Below are positions 9,076 to 17,752 of a stretch of 60,658 bases of DNA, piece after piece. The stretch comes from Dehalococcoidales bacterium (GTDB lineage Bacteria; Chloroflexota; Dehalococcoidia; Dehalococcoidales; BS750m-G39). The DNA is taken from assembly GCA_023129255.1 (NCBI GenBank), contig JAGMCH010000060.1, positions 1-60,658 of the forward strand. The letters run 5' to 3'. Below the pieces are notes generated by a model, which worked only from the letters and a program-made list of their open reading frames with translations, ran no database searches and had not been told where the DNA came from. Both the position numbers and the translations under genes were made by a program. Numbering within the stretch: the first letter of the stretch is position 1; the number at the start of each line of letters is the position of its first letter.

Positions 9076-10227
9076 TTAAACTATATTCTTCTTACTCTGT
9101 GCCTCAATCTGGTTGCGAAGATCAACCAAATTGCTTTGTGTGCCACAGTTGGGACAGACGAAAACATTATCTTTAGGAAAGGGCACAGCTCCTTTCTGCA
9201 ATGGCTGTGATTTAGAAAGATTTGCTTGTATCCTTGACCTATTTTGACATTTTGGACATTGAAAATCAACCATAGCTAGTTCGCCAGCTGGCTTTGCCTG
9301 TGGTAGTGGTGCTGGGGGTGAGAGAAAGCGATAAATCTGAGAAGTTGGAGTCTCAAAAAGTTTATAGATGTTGGTGTCGAATGTCATACGCAGTAGCGTA
9401 TAGTATCGTTTTATTGCGTCGAATAAATCTGGATCCCTTCCATAGTCGACTACTTTAAGTCTCATCTGATCAAAGTCCTCAATCTTGATTGACCTATTGT
9501 GTGTTAACCAATACCCGTGGTCACAGAGGTGATCAGCGATTTCCTTAGCACGAGACTGTTTTTCTTCATCAGTAACTGGCTCGCCTGAGCTTGAGTGCGT
9601 TGTCCAAGGCTTGAACTTGAAATTGGTGAGCCAGTTGGTTACGAGTGTACTGGAAAACTTCTGTGCGTTCTCACAACTCTGAATCTCTCCAGGTGAGATA
9701 CCTTGCAGGATGGGAATGTAAGCTCTATTTAGTTGCCCTGTTTCATCTACTTCGCGTTTAATCTTCTCAAGCCCTTCAAGAAAGGCATCAGCAGAGAACA
9801 CTTTACCTTGATGTAAAACCTGCGCGTCGATTGGCCCAAGTGAGGAAGTAGGTCCCATGAGTATCTCATCGCCCGCCATAGCCATTATAGTACCGGCACT
9901 CTTAGCGGTCCCCGGAACGATAACCCCAACTTTGGAGAACCTATTTCGTAAAAGTTTCATAATGTCTTCTGCGATCTCTGCTGAACCGCCAGGTGTTTCC
10001 AGAATTATATCTACCTCATCCCCAGACAAATTATCAATTTGATCGGCAATTGGCAAAATGTCTGAGTAGTCTATTAAAATAGGCCCGCGTTTTTGAAGAT
10101 CGCTTGCAAATGTGAGGATACTAGGACGCTTTCGAATAGAAGCAATACGAGCCAGCTGTTTCTTCCTTTCAGCCGTGATTTCCTGAGGTCCCTTAAGATT
10201 GTCTAGATATTCGGAATAAACGCCCAT
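9076..10227 (-). CDS. ClpP-fold serine protease of the S49/SDH (serine dehydrogenase proteinase-like) type with a C-terminal double zinc ribbon
   Basis: Core ILETPGGSAEIAEDI..VPGTAKSAGTIMAMAGDEILMGPTSSLGPID is typical of SppA/SDH_sah-like ClpP-fold peptidases. C-terminus carries CPKC..(33 aa)..CPNC. Confidence 0.7.
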   Translation of the reverse strand: MGVYSEYLDNLKGPQEITAERKKQLARIASIRKRPSILTFASDLQKRGPILIDYSDILPIADQIDNLSGDEVDIILETPGGSAEIAEDIMKLLRNRFSKVGVIVPGTAKSAGTIMAMAGDEILMGPTSSLGPIDAQVLHQGKVFSADAFLEGLEKIKREVDETGQLNRAYIPILQGISPGEIQSCENAQKFSSTLVTNWLTNFKFKPWTTHSSSGEPVTDEEKQSRAKEIADHLCDHGYWLTHNRSIKIEDFDQMRLKVVDYGRDPDLFDAIKRYYTLLRMTFDTNIYKLFETPTSQIYRFLSPPAPLPQAKPAGELAMVDFQCPKCQNRSRIQANLSKSQPLQKGAVPFPKDNVFVCPNCGTQSNLVDLRNQIEAQSKKNIV

Positions 10228-10390
10228 CAGCTACCCCCTAGGTAAGTACATTATATTATACCATATAGTTTGCTGCACAATATTTATTCATCATAGAGAA
10301 CAGGGAATCATTGTAGTTAATGAACAAAAAGCCATTTTGTTTATAGTCGCAGGTGGGGCAAAGGCAATCCTGATAAGGAAGCGCCACGCC

Positions 10391-10765
10391 TCACCTAGGG
10401 CTTTTCAAGAACTGGTCAACTGCATTCAGCAAGTCCCGAGGGGTAAATGGCTTGGTTATATATCCATTAGCGCCTATCTCCTGACTAAGCTTCACGTTGA
10501 GTTCGTGGTCTACGGCGCTAAGCATGACTACGGGAATCGCCCTGGTAATCGGGTCTTTCTTGATTTTGTTGCAGGCAGTATAGCCATCCATCTTTGGCAT
10601 CAAAATATCCATCAGGATGAGGTCTGGTTGCTGGCTGCGAGCCATGTCTACCGCTTCTCTCCCGTCACTCGCTCCGAGAACGACATAGTCTTTGCCCAGC
10701 ATGCTGCTTACCAGTAATCTGATATTCTCTTCGTCATCGGTTATAAGTATTTTCTTCCTACTCAT
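10391..10765 (-). CDS. Single-domain response regulator (CheY-like receiver)
   Basis: DDEE acidic pocket, phospho-acceptor context LILMDILMP, and KPF. 124 aa with no output domain. Confidence 0.9.
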   Translation of the reverse strand: MSRKKILITDDEENIRLLVSSMLGKDYVVLGASDGREAVDMARSQQPDLILMDILMPKMDGYTACNKIKKDPITRAIPVVMLSAVDHELNVKLSQEIGANGYITKPFTPRDLLNAVDQFLKSPR

Positions 10766-10930
10766 TTAGCTCCCCCTTTTATTCTTTTATCTTTCATCTT
10801 GCGCCTCCTCTGCTTTCCTGCGCGCGGCTTGGGACAATTCCAATTCAGCAATTCGTTTGCGTATTTCTGCTAACTCATTCATCATCCGTTCTTTTGTCTT
10901 GTCACGGTCTCACATCTCTCTAGCTTTGCC

Positions 10931-10980
10931 AAATTAAAAAGGGCGCCAGCCACCGCATATCACAGCGGTTCCAGCGCCCT
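10931..10980 (-). terminator. Rho-independent terminator after the Xis/MerR-like gene
   Basis: On the minus strand, AGGGCGC..(inner stem ACCGC/GCGGT)..GCGCCCT is followed by TTTTAATTT. Confidence 0.6.
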
Positions 10981-10987
10981 TGCTTCA

Positions 10988-11188
10988 TTACTTGATCTTG
11001 TGAGCCTCTTCTCCGATTCTCTTGATGTCAGCCTCCATGAACAGCCTCCATCCTCGTCTGTCCCTGTGAGGTACATCGTCAAGGATACCAGCCTTAAGCC
11101 ATCGAAACAGGGTAGACCTGCCTATGCCCACCACTCGACAGACCTCTGAGGTTCTATAATAGGTCTCTCCTTTGATTATGACTGGCAT
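10988..11188 (-). CDS. MerR/excisionase-family helix-turn-helix protein (66 aa)
   Basis: YYRTSEVCRVVGIGRSTLFRWLKAG is the HTH_17/Xis-MerR type motif. The size is typical of excisionase or AlpA-like regulators. Confidence 0.7.
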   Translation of the reverse strand: MPVIIKGETYYRTSEVCRVVGIGRSTLFRWLKAGILDDVPHRDRRGWRLFMEADIKRIGEEAHKIK

Positions 11189-11327
11189 GACCTAAGCCTC
11201 CTTCGAACTGCTACGGACCGATTGACATATCTCACATCTACTCAGCCTCCACGCCGGAATGAAAAGAAAATTTAGAAACTCAACCTGCTCAACTACACCA
11301 AGAAGACGAGGGAGCGGGAGGGAGCCT

Positions 11328-11549
11328 TCACCCTGCCAGAGATATGAGTAGCTCAATCCCTGATTCGCCTGGCATCTTGATATCCAGAATCACCGGTACA
11401 ACCGAGCTGTTTCGTATCCTATCTAGAGCTAGAGTCGTATCGCCTGCTTGCTGGCATTGGTAACCCTAGCTCGACAGCTTCTGACAAAGATGCCTCCTTA
11501 TTCCTTTCTTGTCATCAACAACCAGTATTCCTTCTTGTTTGGCAGTCAT
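11328..11549 (-). pseudogene. Decayed response-regulator receiver gene (in-frame TAG, truncated)
   Basis: Reads MTAKQEGILVVDDKKGIRRHLCQKLSS*GYQCQQAGDTTLALDRIRNSSVVPVILDIKMPGESGIELLISLAG*. In-frame TAG at 11466-11468, and the domain ends before the conserved T/K region. Its ATG overlaps the upstream TGA as ATGA (11546-11549). Confidence 0.6.
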
Positions 11550-11920
11550 CTCGCTATTTGCCTTAAGGTTTCTCGGACTATGCTCTTTAACTCATCAGGT
11601 GTAAATGGTTTAGGCAAAAACGGTCTGCCAGCTGCCTCCAAAAAGTGCTTGGTATATCCATCGGCCATATCCCCAGTGGTGAATATCACACCCCCGACTA
11701 GCTTTTCATGTTTCCCAACGATAACTTGATAGAGCTGTTCACCGTTCATTACTGGTGTCTTAACGTCAATGAGGCAAAGCTCGTAGTCCTTTTCCTCTAA
11801 CATATCTTGAGCTAGCTTGCCATCGACAGCAATATCTATCTCAAATCCTTCAGTGGTAAGGACTCTCCGGCAGAGTTCACAGATGGCTGGCTCATCTTCA
11901 ACTACCAGGATTCTCTTTAT
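11546..11920 (-). CDS. Single-domain response regulator; full receiver lacks a canonical start codon (ATA 11918-11920 proposed)
   Basis: The track ORF starts mid-domain (MLEEKDYELCLIDVKTP..). The same frame stays open upstream and reads (I)KRILVVEDEPAICELCRRVLTTEGFEIDIAVDGKLAQD, the missing beta1-alpha1-beta2 of a receiver. There is no ATG/GTG/TTG between the upstream TAG and 11803. GGAAGGAG lies 7 nt before ATA. Confidence 0.6.
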   Translation of the reverse strand: MKRILVVEDEPAICELCRRVLTTEGFEIDIAVDGKLAQDMLEEKDYELCLIDVKTPVMNGEQLYQVIVGKHEKLVGGVIFTTGDMADGYTKHFLEAAGRPFLPKPFTPDELKSIVRETLRQIAR

Positions 11921-12316
11921 TTTATAGCTCCTTCCCTATCATTCCTGACTGATAAGTAGCTCCACAAAAAGGTGGTGTCTTTGCCTAACTCACTCTCAGC
12001 GGACCCCTTACCGGTCCCTCAGGTTTTCCATTACTTCATTAATTACATATACTATCGAGCAGGAAATGGAACATCCGTCAGCCAAAGACTAGACGTTTTA
12101 CCGGACTTTGGTGACGCTCAGCATTATATAGGACACTTCGCTGCCTCCGTCTGCGCATCATTATAAATAGGCACAGTGCTATTGCCTAACTGTCCTGACT
12201 TTCTCACCTCACTCGCCTGCCGCTGGCATAACAAGTTGTGACATCGCTTGACAAGGTTAGGGGCGAAGGCAGGAGCTATGTCCTCCTACCTGCGGTCCTT
12301 CTCCTTCGCTGGTAGA

Positions 12317-12460
12317 CTATGGTATCGAGCCAACGGGACCTGCTACCACAGCTGTTACCGGTATGAAAGTAAGTATTGCTATAGCTGCTATGACAGCGAG
12401 TATAAACAGGGCTCTTAGTACGACGTTATGTCGCTCAGCTACGTGGAAAAGTCGTCTCAT
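12317..12460 (-). CDS. Possible small membrane protein (47 aa)
   Basis: Internal ATG 12460 is preceded by AAAGGGGGTG. One hydrophobic helix (LRALFILAVIAAIAILTFIPVTAVVAG). Weak support. Confidence 0.3.
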   Translation of the reverse strand: MRRLFHVAERHNVVLRALFILAVIAAIAILTFIPVTAVVAGPVGSIP

Positions 12461-12565
12461 GTGTGTCACCCCCTTTCCTCGGCCTTTAGAGACCGCAAAA
12501 TGTGAACACAAATATGATAAGGGAGAAGTTCTTACCAATCTCTTACCGAGGTGGGGGGAGAGCAC

Positions 12566-12607
12566 GAAGAAAACAGTAACGGGGCTTGCTTAATCGCAAA
12601 CCCCGTT
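12566..12607 (-). terminator. Rho-independent terminator after the STAND regulator gene
   Basis: On the minus strand, AACGGGG-loop-CCCCGTT (12578-12607) is followed by ACTGTTTTCTT. Confidence 0.55.
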
Positions 12608-12641
12608 CATGTCAAGACCAAGTTTGAATCTCGATTTGGCT

Positions 12642-15600
12642 TCAGGTAATTTCTTTCCCCACTAGGATGCGATCACGTAGTGCCTGGATGCGGGCTGGGG
12701 GAGCGTTCTCAGTGTCTCGAGCTGCGGTATCGACGTAACGCTTGTATGTTCGTAACGCCGCAGGTTGTTCTCCTAGCGCCAGATGCCACTCCATTATTTG
12801 ACAGTATATCTCGTCCTGATAAGGGTCAATAGTGATGAACTTTTCGAGGAGAGTGATGGCTTTTTGGTATTGTCTCTTGTCCGCGTAGAAACCGGCCAAC
12901 AATGAAAGAGTCCTCAGATACTTGTCCTCAAGATAACGGCGACGCATTTCGACCCAGTCACCATAAAATCCCTCCATGAAGCCTCCCCTGTACAGTTGGA
13001 TAGCCTGTTCTAGGTTGGCCATCCTAGCTTCGCTCTCAGGTGGCAGATTCTCTGCCCGCGACGACAAGTCTTCGAACTCTGCTACATCAAACCAAATATC
13101 TAGGTCAGGGTTGAGCTTGTATCTCCCATGTTCAAGAGTGAATATTCCAGGAAATACTGCTCTCCGTGCCCGGTACAAATTGATATGGAAGTTGCTAGTG
13201 CCCTTGGCTGGGGAAAGGTCAGGCCACACCTCAGCCATTATCTGTTCCTTTGTTTGTCCCTCACCACAAAGAAGTAAATAAAAGAATATTTCCTTGGCCC
13301 TGTTGCTTCTCCATTCGCCCTCACTGATTGGTCGACCACTAATAGTAACTAAAGTTTCTCCAAAAGCGCGAGCTTCAATCACAGGCTTAGCTATCACCCG
13401 AGGGAGAGCCGAAACCTCAGAAATTCTTAGTCGGCTATTGACGTTATCGTGCCTCCTAATTTTCTCCATGATGCGTGCGAAGCGGTCGCCTCCTACCTGT
13501 TTAGAGGCGGCGTATTGAATAAGGAGAACTGAGTTTCTACCTTCAATTGCTAAGAAGTCTTCGTAGCCCAGCTCATCGGCTAACTGGGATACCCTTTCAA
13601 GCCAGTTAATAGCTAAGTCATATTTCTTAGACAGAAACGATACCTGAGCCAGATGAAAATACGCTTTGACCAAGCCGTCTTTGTCTCCTGTGTCCCTGAG
13701 ACGTTCAGAGACACCGAGGAGAATATCCATTGCATTCTCATACCGACCCCGCTCGTACTCGATAATTCCAATCTGCATGGCAAACAGCGCCGCTTCGTAG
13801 GTCTGTCCCTGTTCCTTAGCCTGGGAGACGGCTTCCTTAAGGAGTACCTCTGCCTTGTCATGAGCACCAAGCAGCCGATATGTTTCTCCTATTCCAGCAG
13901 TAGCATGCGCCACATAATATGTTTCCATGACCTGTCTTGCCAGTTCAAGTCCTTCGCGATATGCTGTCAGCGCCTCATCATATAGTTCTAAGTTGCGTAG
14001 TACCTCAGCCTTGTTGATAAGAATCAAAGCCTCAGCTCGTCTATATCCGGTTTCTCTAGCTTTGTCCAAGCCGCTATGAAAGATATCCAGCGCCAAGTCA
14101 TATTGTCCCCGGAGGCGATAGACTATTCCTATATTATTTAGAGTTATAGCCATATCCCCGTAATTCTTTACCTTTTGCCACCCTTCTCTAGCACGCTCGA
14201 AGTGCAAGCTGGCCCCTGTCAGGTCACCAACATGTTCATAGATGTTGCCCAGCTCGTTGTGTACCGCGGCGATCATTCCCACATCAAGGATGGCAGAGTA
14301 CTGCTTTAACGCACGGCGCTGGTACCTGAGAGCTACGCGCAGATGGCCCTGGTCCGTATAAATGTTTCCTAGCCGTCTGTAGGCGTCGCCGAGAACATTT
14401 GCCGGGCCGTTATGTTGCTCAAGAAGCTGAATGGCAGCCCGTATGTCGCGCTTCGCTTCGGTAAAATGCCCGGTGAGGCGAAAAGCGGCACTCCGCCAAC
14501 TAAGTGCCTTTGCCCGATAGAGCCAATTTTCATCGACTTCGCCCCGCCCCAGGATTTCCGTTAAAAGGCATACCCCCTTGTCTACTTGGCCGACATGAAT
14601 CAAGCTTTGAGCCTGAAGTAGCACCAATTCGGGGTCAGACACTAGCATGTCCCTTGGGAGTGTTTCAACCCATTTTGAAACGGTGGCCCATTTCCCCGAC
14701 TTGATAAAGTCTTCACCAGCAATCTTAATAACTCTTAAAGCTGCCCCATATTCTTTTGCGGCCAAAAAGTGATTGATTGCCTCGTTCCACCTCTCTTCTT
14801 GTTCAAACAGTAGGGCAGCTTTGTGGTGTAAAAGCGCATATTCTTCGGGATTTTCCTCTAATAGCTTTGTCTGAAGAAATTCGCGAAACAGGTGATGGTA
14901 ACGATACCAGGGTTTTTCGCCTATGCGACTAGTGAAGAGGTTCTGCCTTTCGATGTCCTGGAGGAGCTTTCCTGAGTTCGTGATTCCCAATAGCCGCTGA
15001 CAAATCTCCGATTCCATTTCATTCAAGGTGCTAGACGCAAGTAGGAATCTCTTCACGTCGGGCAATTGTTTCCCATAGACTTCCGTGGCTAAATAGCGAA
15101 AAATATCCTCTCGCGATAATGTGAGCCTAGCTTTGCTTGGCTGACTTATGCCCTCGCCATAAGTGCTAAGCAATATCCCGGCTATCCAGCCCTCGGTCTC
15201 CGTACTTAACTTTTCTGCCTGCTCGTTGGACACCTGAAGCCCTTGTGTGGCAAACAACTCCCTTACCTCTGTGGCGGTGAACGACAAATCCGACGCACTG
15301 AGGCTCGTTGCAGAACGTTGGAACTTTAGCGAAGTTATAGATGGCAATTCAACTGGCGTTCGGCTAGAGATTATGACGTGGCAATTCTCTGGAATACGGC
15401 TCACAAAGAGGTCCAGGATTCGCTTTGCCGGGTCGCTATCTTGAACGCAGTGATAGTCTTCAAGTACGAGGACGAAATAGTCGGGAATGCCCTCGTAGAT
15501 TTCTCCAGTAAGCGTACTAACCAGGTGTGATGCGCTGATACCTACATCCTCCGTCAGTAGTAAGCGGGATTCTGTTAGCTGGCCGAATCCGGGAAAACGA

Positions 15601-15911
15601 AACCGGATAGATGCCAAAATGCCTTCGAGAAGTAGTCGGGGGTCTTGGTCATAGGTATCCAGTGAGTACCAGCAAGCCGGAATATCCAAATCGTTGGCAA
15701 AGTCTACTAGCAAAGTAGTCTTCCCGTAGCCAGCTGGTGCCGACACAACTTCGAGACGGAGATGAATATATTCGTGGAGGAAATCAAGCAATCTTTGGCG
15801 GCGTATAATGTCCTGCCGTCGTCGGGGAACCAAAACCTTGGTCGTGAATTCGGTACTAGCGACTGTCATACATATCACACTATAGTTTTCTCCACAGCTT
15901 TCGATTGACAT
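12642..15911 (-). CDS. STAND NTPase (MalT-like) - TPR - C-terminal SARP (OmpR-type wHTH + BTAD) transcriptional regulator
   Basis: Walker A SAPAGYGKTTLL and Walker B FVLVLEDYH, followed by long TPR-like repeats. C-terminal ..ISGRPISEGEWRSNRAKEIFFYLL..NFHINLYRARRAV.. is the wHTH, and ..LEQAIQLYRGGFMEGFYGDWV..YQDEIYCQIMEWHLALGE is the BTAD. The start is uncertain (ATG 15911, GTG near 15878, or ATG 15869) and none has a good RBS. Confidence 0.8.
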   Translation of the reverse strand: MSIESCGENYSVICMTVASTEFTTKVLVPRRRQDIIRRQRLLDFLHEYIHLRLEVVSAPAGYGKTTLLVDFANDLDIPACWYSLDTYDQDPRLLLEGILASIRFRFPGFGQLTESRLLLTEDVGISASHLVSTLTGEIYEGIPDYFVLVLEDYHCVQDSDPAKRILDLFVSRIPENCHVIISSRTPVELPSITSLKFQRSATSLSASDLSFTATEVRELFATQGLQVSNEQAEKLSTETEGWIAGILLSTYGEGISQPSKARLTLSREDIFRYLATEVYGKQLPDVKRFLLASSTLNEMESEICQRLLGITNSGKLLQDIERQNLFTSRIGEKPWYRYHHLFREFLQTKLLEENPEEYALLHHKAALLFEQEERWNEAINHFLAAKEYGAALRVIKIAGEDFIKSGKWATVSKWVETLPRDMLVSDPELVLLQAQSLIHVGQVDKGVCLLTEILGRGEVDENWLYRAKALSWRSAAFRLTGHFTEAKRDIRAAIQLLEQHNGPANVLGDAYRRLGNIYTDQGHLRVALRYQRRALKQYSAILDVGMIAAVHNELGNIYEHVGDLTGASLHFERAREGWQKVKNYGDMAITLNNIGIVYRLRGQYDLALDIFHSGLDKARETGYRRAEALILINKAEVLRNLELYDEALTAYREGLELARQVMETYYVAHATAGIGETYRLLGAHDKAEVLLKEAVSQAKEQGQTYEAALFAMQIGIIEYERGRYENAMDILLGVSERLRDTGDKDGLVKAYFHLAQVSFLSKKYDLAINWLERVSQLADELGYEDFLAIEGRNSVLLIQYAASKQVGGDRFARIMEKIRRHDNVNSRLRISEVSALPRVIAKPVIEARAFGETLVTISGRPISEGEWRSNRAKEIFFYLLLCGEGQTKEQIMAEVWPDLSPAKGTSNFHINLYRARRAVFPGIFTLEHGRYKLNPDLDIWFDVAEFEDLSSRAENLPPESEARMANLEQAIQLYRGGFMEGFYGDWVEMRRRYLEDKYLRTLSLLAGFYADKRQYQKAITLLEKFITIDPYQDEIYCQIMEWHLALGEQPAALRTYKRYVDTAARDTENAPPARIQALRDRILVGKEIT

Positions 15912-16148
15912 GAGGTAGTCGGATGGCTGCAGAACTAATCCCGTTATGAGATATTATAACTTCTTCTGATGGAGTGTGACAAGTAGCGAGAGGGCAATAA
16001 TGCCTAGACTATGGTAGCCGGGCAGTAAAGGTACGGGGTTTGAACTGCACTTTTCATCTTATTGTAAAGCGGCCAAAAGCCATTTTGTTTGCACCTTGCT
16101 CCCATCATGGACTTTTGCTCCAAAGGTCATTAGAATAAGAATAATACT

Positions 16149-17666
16149 ATGAAAATACTTTTGGTATATCCACAGTACCCGGATACTTTCTGGAGTTTTA
16201 AGCACGCCTTAAAATTCGTCTCCAAAAAGGCGGCTTTCCCGCCGCTGGGCTTATTAACTGTGGCAGCAATGCTCCCCAGTGAGTGGGAGAAAAAGCTGGT
16301 GGATATAAATGTAGCCAGCCTGACTGATAAGGACATCAGGTGGGCTGATTATGTGTTTATCAGCGCTATGGTGGTGCAAAGGGATTCGGTGAAGGAAGTT
16401 ATTGCCCGATGTAAGAAATTCAACACCAAGGTGGTTGCCGGCGGTCCCCTGTTCACAACTGGGTATAAAGAGTTTGACGGGGTAGACCATTTTGTGCTTA
16501 ATGAGGCTGAAATTACCCTTCCGCCCTTTTTAGAGGATTTAGAGAGAGGATGCGCCCAACATCTTTATACATCTGATGAACGACCAGACATAAGCAAAAC
16601 GCCTATCCCCCTATGGTCGCTTATCAACATGAAAAAATACGCCACCATGAATATTCAGTACTCTCGGGGCTGCCCGTTCAACTGTGAATTCTGCGATATT
16701 ATCATATTAAACGGGCATAAGCCACGAACCAAGGATAAAGTTCAGATGCTAGCAGAACTGGATGCATTATATAATCATGGCTGGCGGGGTGGGGTATTCA
16801 TTGTTGATGATAACTTCATAGGCAATAAGAGGAAACTAAAGACGGAAATTCTGCCGGCAATAATCGAGTGGATGAAAGGGGAAAGGTATCCCTTTGCCTT
16901 TTCTACGGAAGCATCTATAAATCTTGCTGATGATGAAGAGCTAATGCAATTGATGATCAAGGCAGGGGTTAACACCGTATTTGTTGGCATTGAAACCCCT
17001 AATGAAGAAAGCCTGGTTGAATGCAACAAGTTTCAAAATCAAAATCGTGATTTAGTGGCTTCGGTTAAGAAGATTCAAAACCGCGGCTTTGAGGTGACGG
17101 GAGGATTTATTGTTGGCTTTGATAATGACCCAATTTCCATCTTTAAGAACCAGATCAGTTTCATTCAGAGGAGTGGAATTGTTACCGCGATGGTCGGTTT
17201 ACTTAATGCTCCCCGCGGCACCAGATTATATCAGCGTTTGAAAAAGGAGGATCGCTTATTAAAGGATAGTTCTGGCGACAATACCGACTGTTCCATCAAC
17301 TTTATACCTAAAATGAACTATGAAACACTCATCAATGGCTATAAGCATATCCTAAATACAATTTATTCACCCAAGCAGTATTACGAGCGTATCAAAATAT
17401 TTCTAAAAGAGTATAAACCTCAAAGAAAAAGGGCACCTCAACTTCACCTTCATAATCTCTGGCCATTCATTAAATCTATGTGGCTTTTGGGTATCAAGGA
17501 AAAAGGAAGAGGGTATTACTGGAAGCTTTTTGTCTCAACCTTGCTAAAGCAACCGCGGAAATTTCCCCTTTCGATGAGCCTTAGCGTCTACGGATATCAT
17601 TTCCGCAAAGTTGTTGAGAAGTATATTAGTCTACCGGTTGAACATCCTGATAGTTCCGGTAACTAA
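16149..17666 (+). CDS. B12-binding radical SAM protein (class B, with DUF4070-like C-terminal region)
   Basis: N-terminal cobalamin-binding-type Rossmann segment. Radical SAM cluster motif YSRGCPFNCEFCD. 505 aa with a conserved C-terminal extension. Confidence 0.85.
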   Translation: MKILLVYPQYPDTFWSFKHALKFVSKKAAFPPLGLLTVAAMLPSEWEKKLVDINVASLTDKDIRWADYVFISAMVVQRDSVKEVIARCKKFNTKVVAGGPLFTTGYKEFDGVDHFVLNEAEITLPPFLEDLERGCAQHLYTSDERPDISKTPIPLWSLINMKKYATMNIQYSRGCPFNCEFCDIIILNGHKPRTKDKVQMLAELDALYNHGWRGGVFIVDDNFIGNKRKLKTEILPAIIEWMKGERYPFAFSTEASINLADDEELMQLMIKAGVNTVFVGIETPNEESLVECNKFQNQNRDLVASVKKIQNRGFEVTGGFIVGFDNDPISIFKNQISFIQRSGIVTAMVGLLNAPRGTRLYQRLKKEDRLLKDSSGDNTDCSINFIPKMNYETLINGYKHILNTIYSPKQYYERIKIFLKEYKPQRKRAPQLHLHNLWPFIKSMWLLGIKEKGRGYYWKLFVSTLLKQPRKFPLSMSLSVYGYHFRKVVEKYISLPVEHPDSSGN

Positions 17667-17674
17667 GGAATCAG

Positions 17675-17752
17675 GTGGAGTGGATAGAACAGTCAGCTGA
17701 AGTCACCCCGCTGATAAACTCCTGTCAGTGCGGTTACTATGGTGCCTTTTAG
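17675..17752 (+). CDS. Unannotated 25-codon ORF (MEWIEQSAEVTPLINSCQCGYYGAF), candidate precursor peptide
   Basis: GTG 17675 lies 5 nt after the AGGA core (17666-17669) of TAAGGAA, which overlaps the radical SAM stop codon. The ORF begins 8 nt after that stop. It is below the ORF-track size cutoff, and ORFs this short arise by chance, so support is positional only. Confidence 0.25.
   Translation: MEWIEQSAEVTPLINSCQCGYYGAF

Noticed and set aside
10327-10342. Exact 16-mer AAAAGCCATTTTGTTT shared with 16075-16090 (upstream of the protease and upstream of the radical SAM gene)
   Set aside because: One exact 16-nt match is about what chance predicts for all position pairs in a 60-kb A+T-containing window. 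There is no extended similarity around it.
11466-11468. In-frame TAG in the receiver gene as a recoded (pyrrolysine-type) codon
   Set aside because: No pyl genes or other in-frame TAGs are seen in the window, and the ORF is also truncated at its 3' end. Pseudogenisation is the simpler explanation.
12317-12593. Overlapping 82-aa (minus) and 76-aa (plus) ORFs in the gap after the STAND gene
   Set aside because: The two are mutually exclusive and neither has a motif. Only the internal 47-codon version with an RBS and a TM helix was kept, at low confidence.
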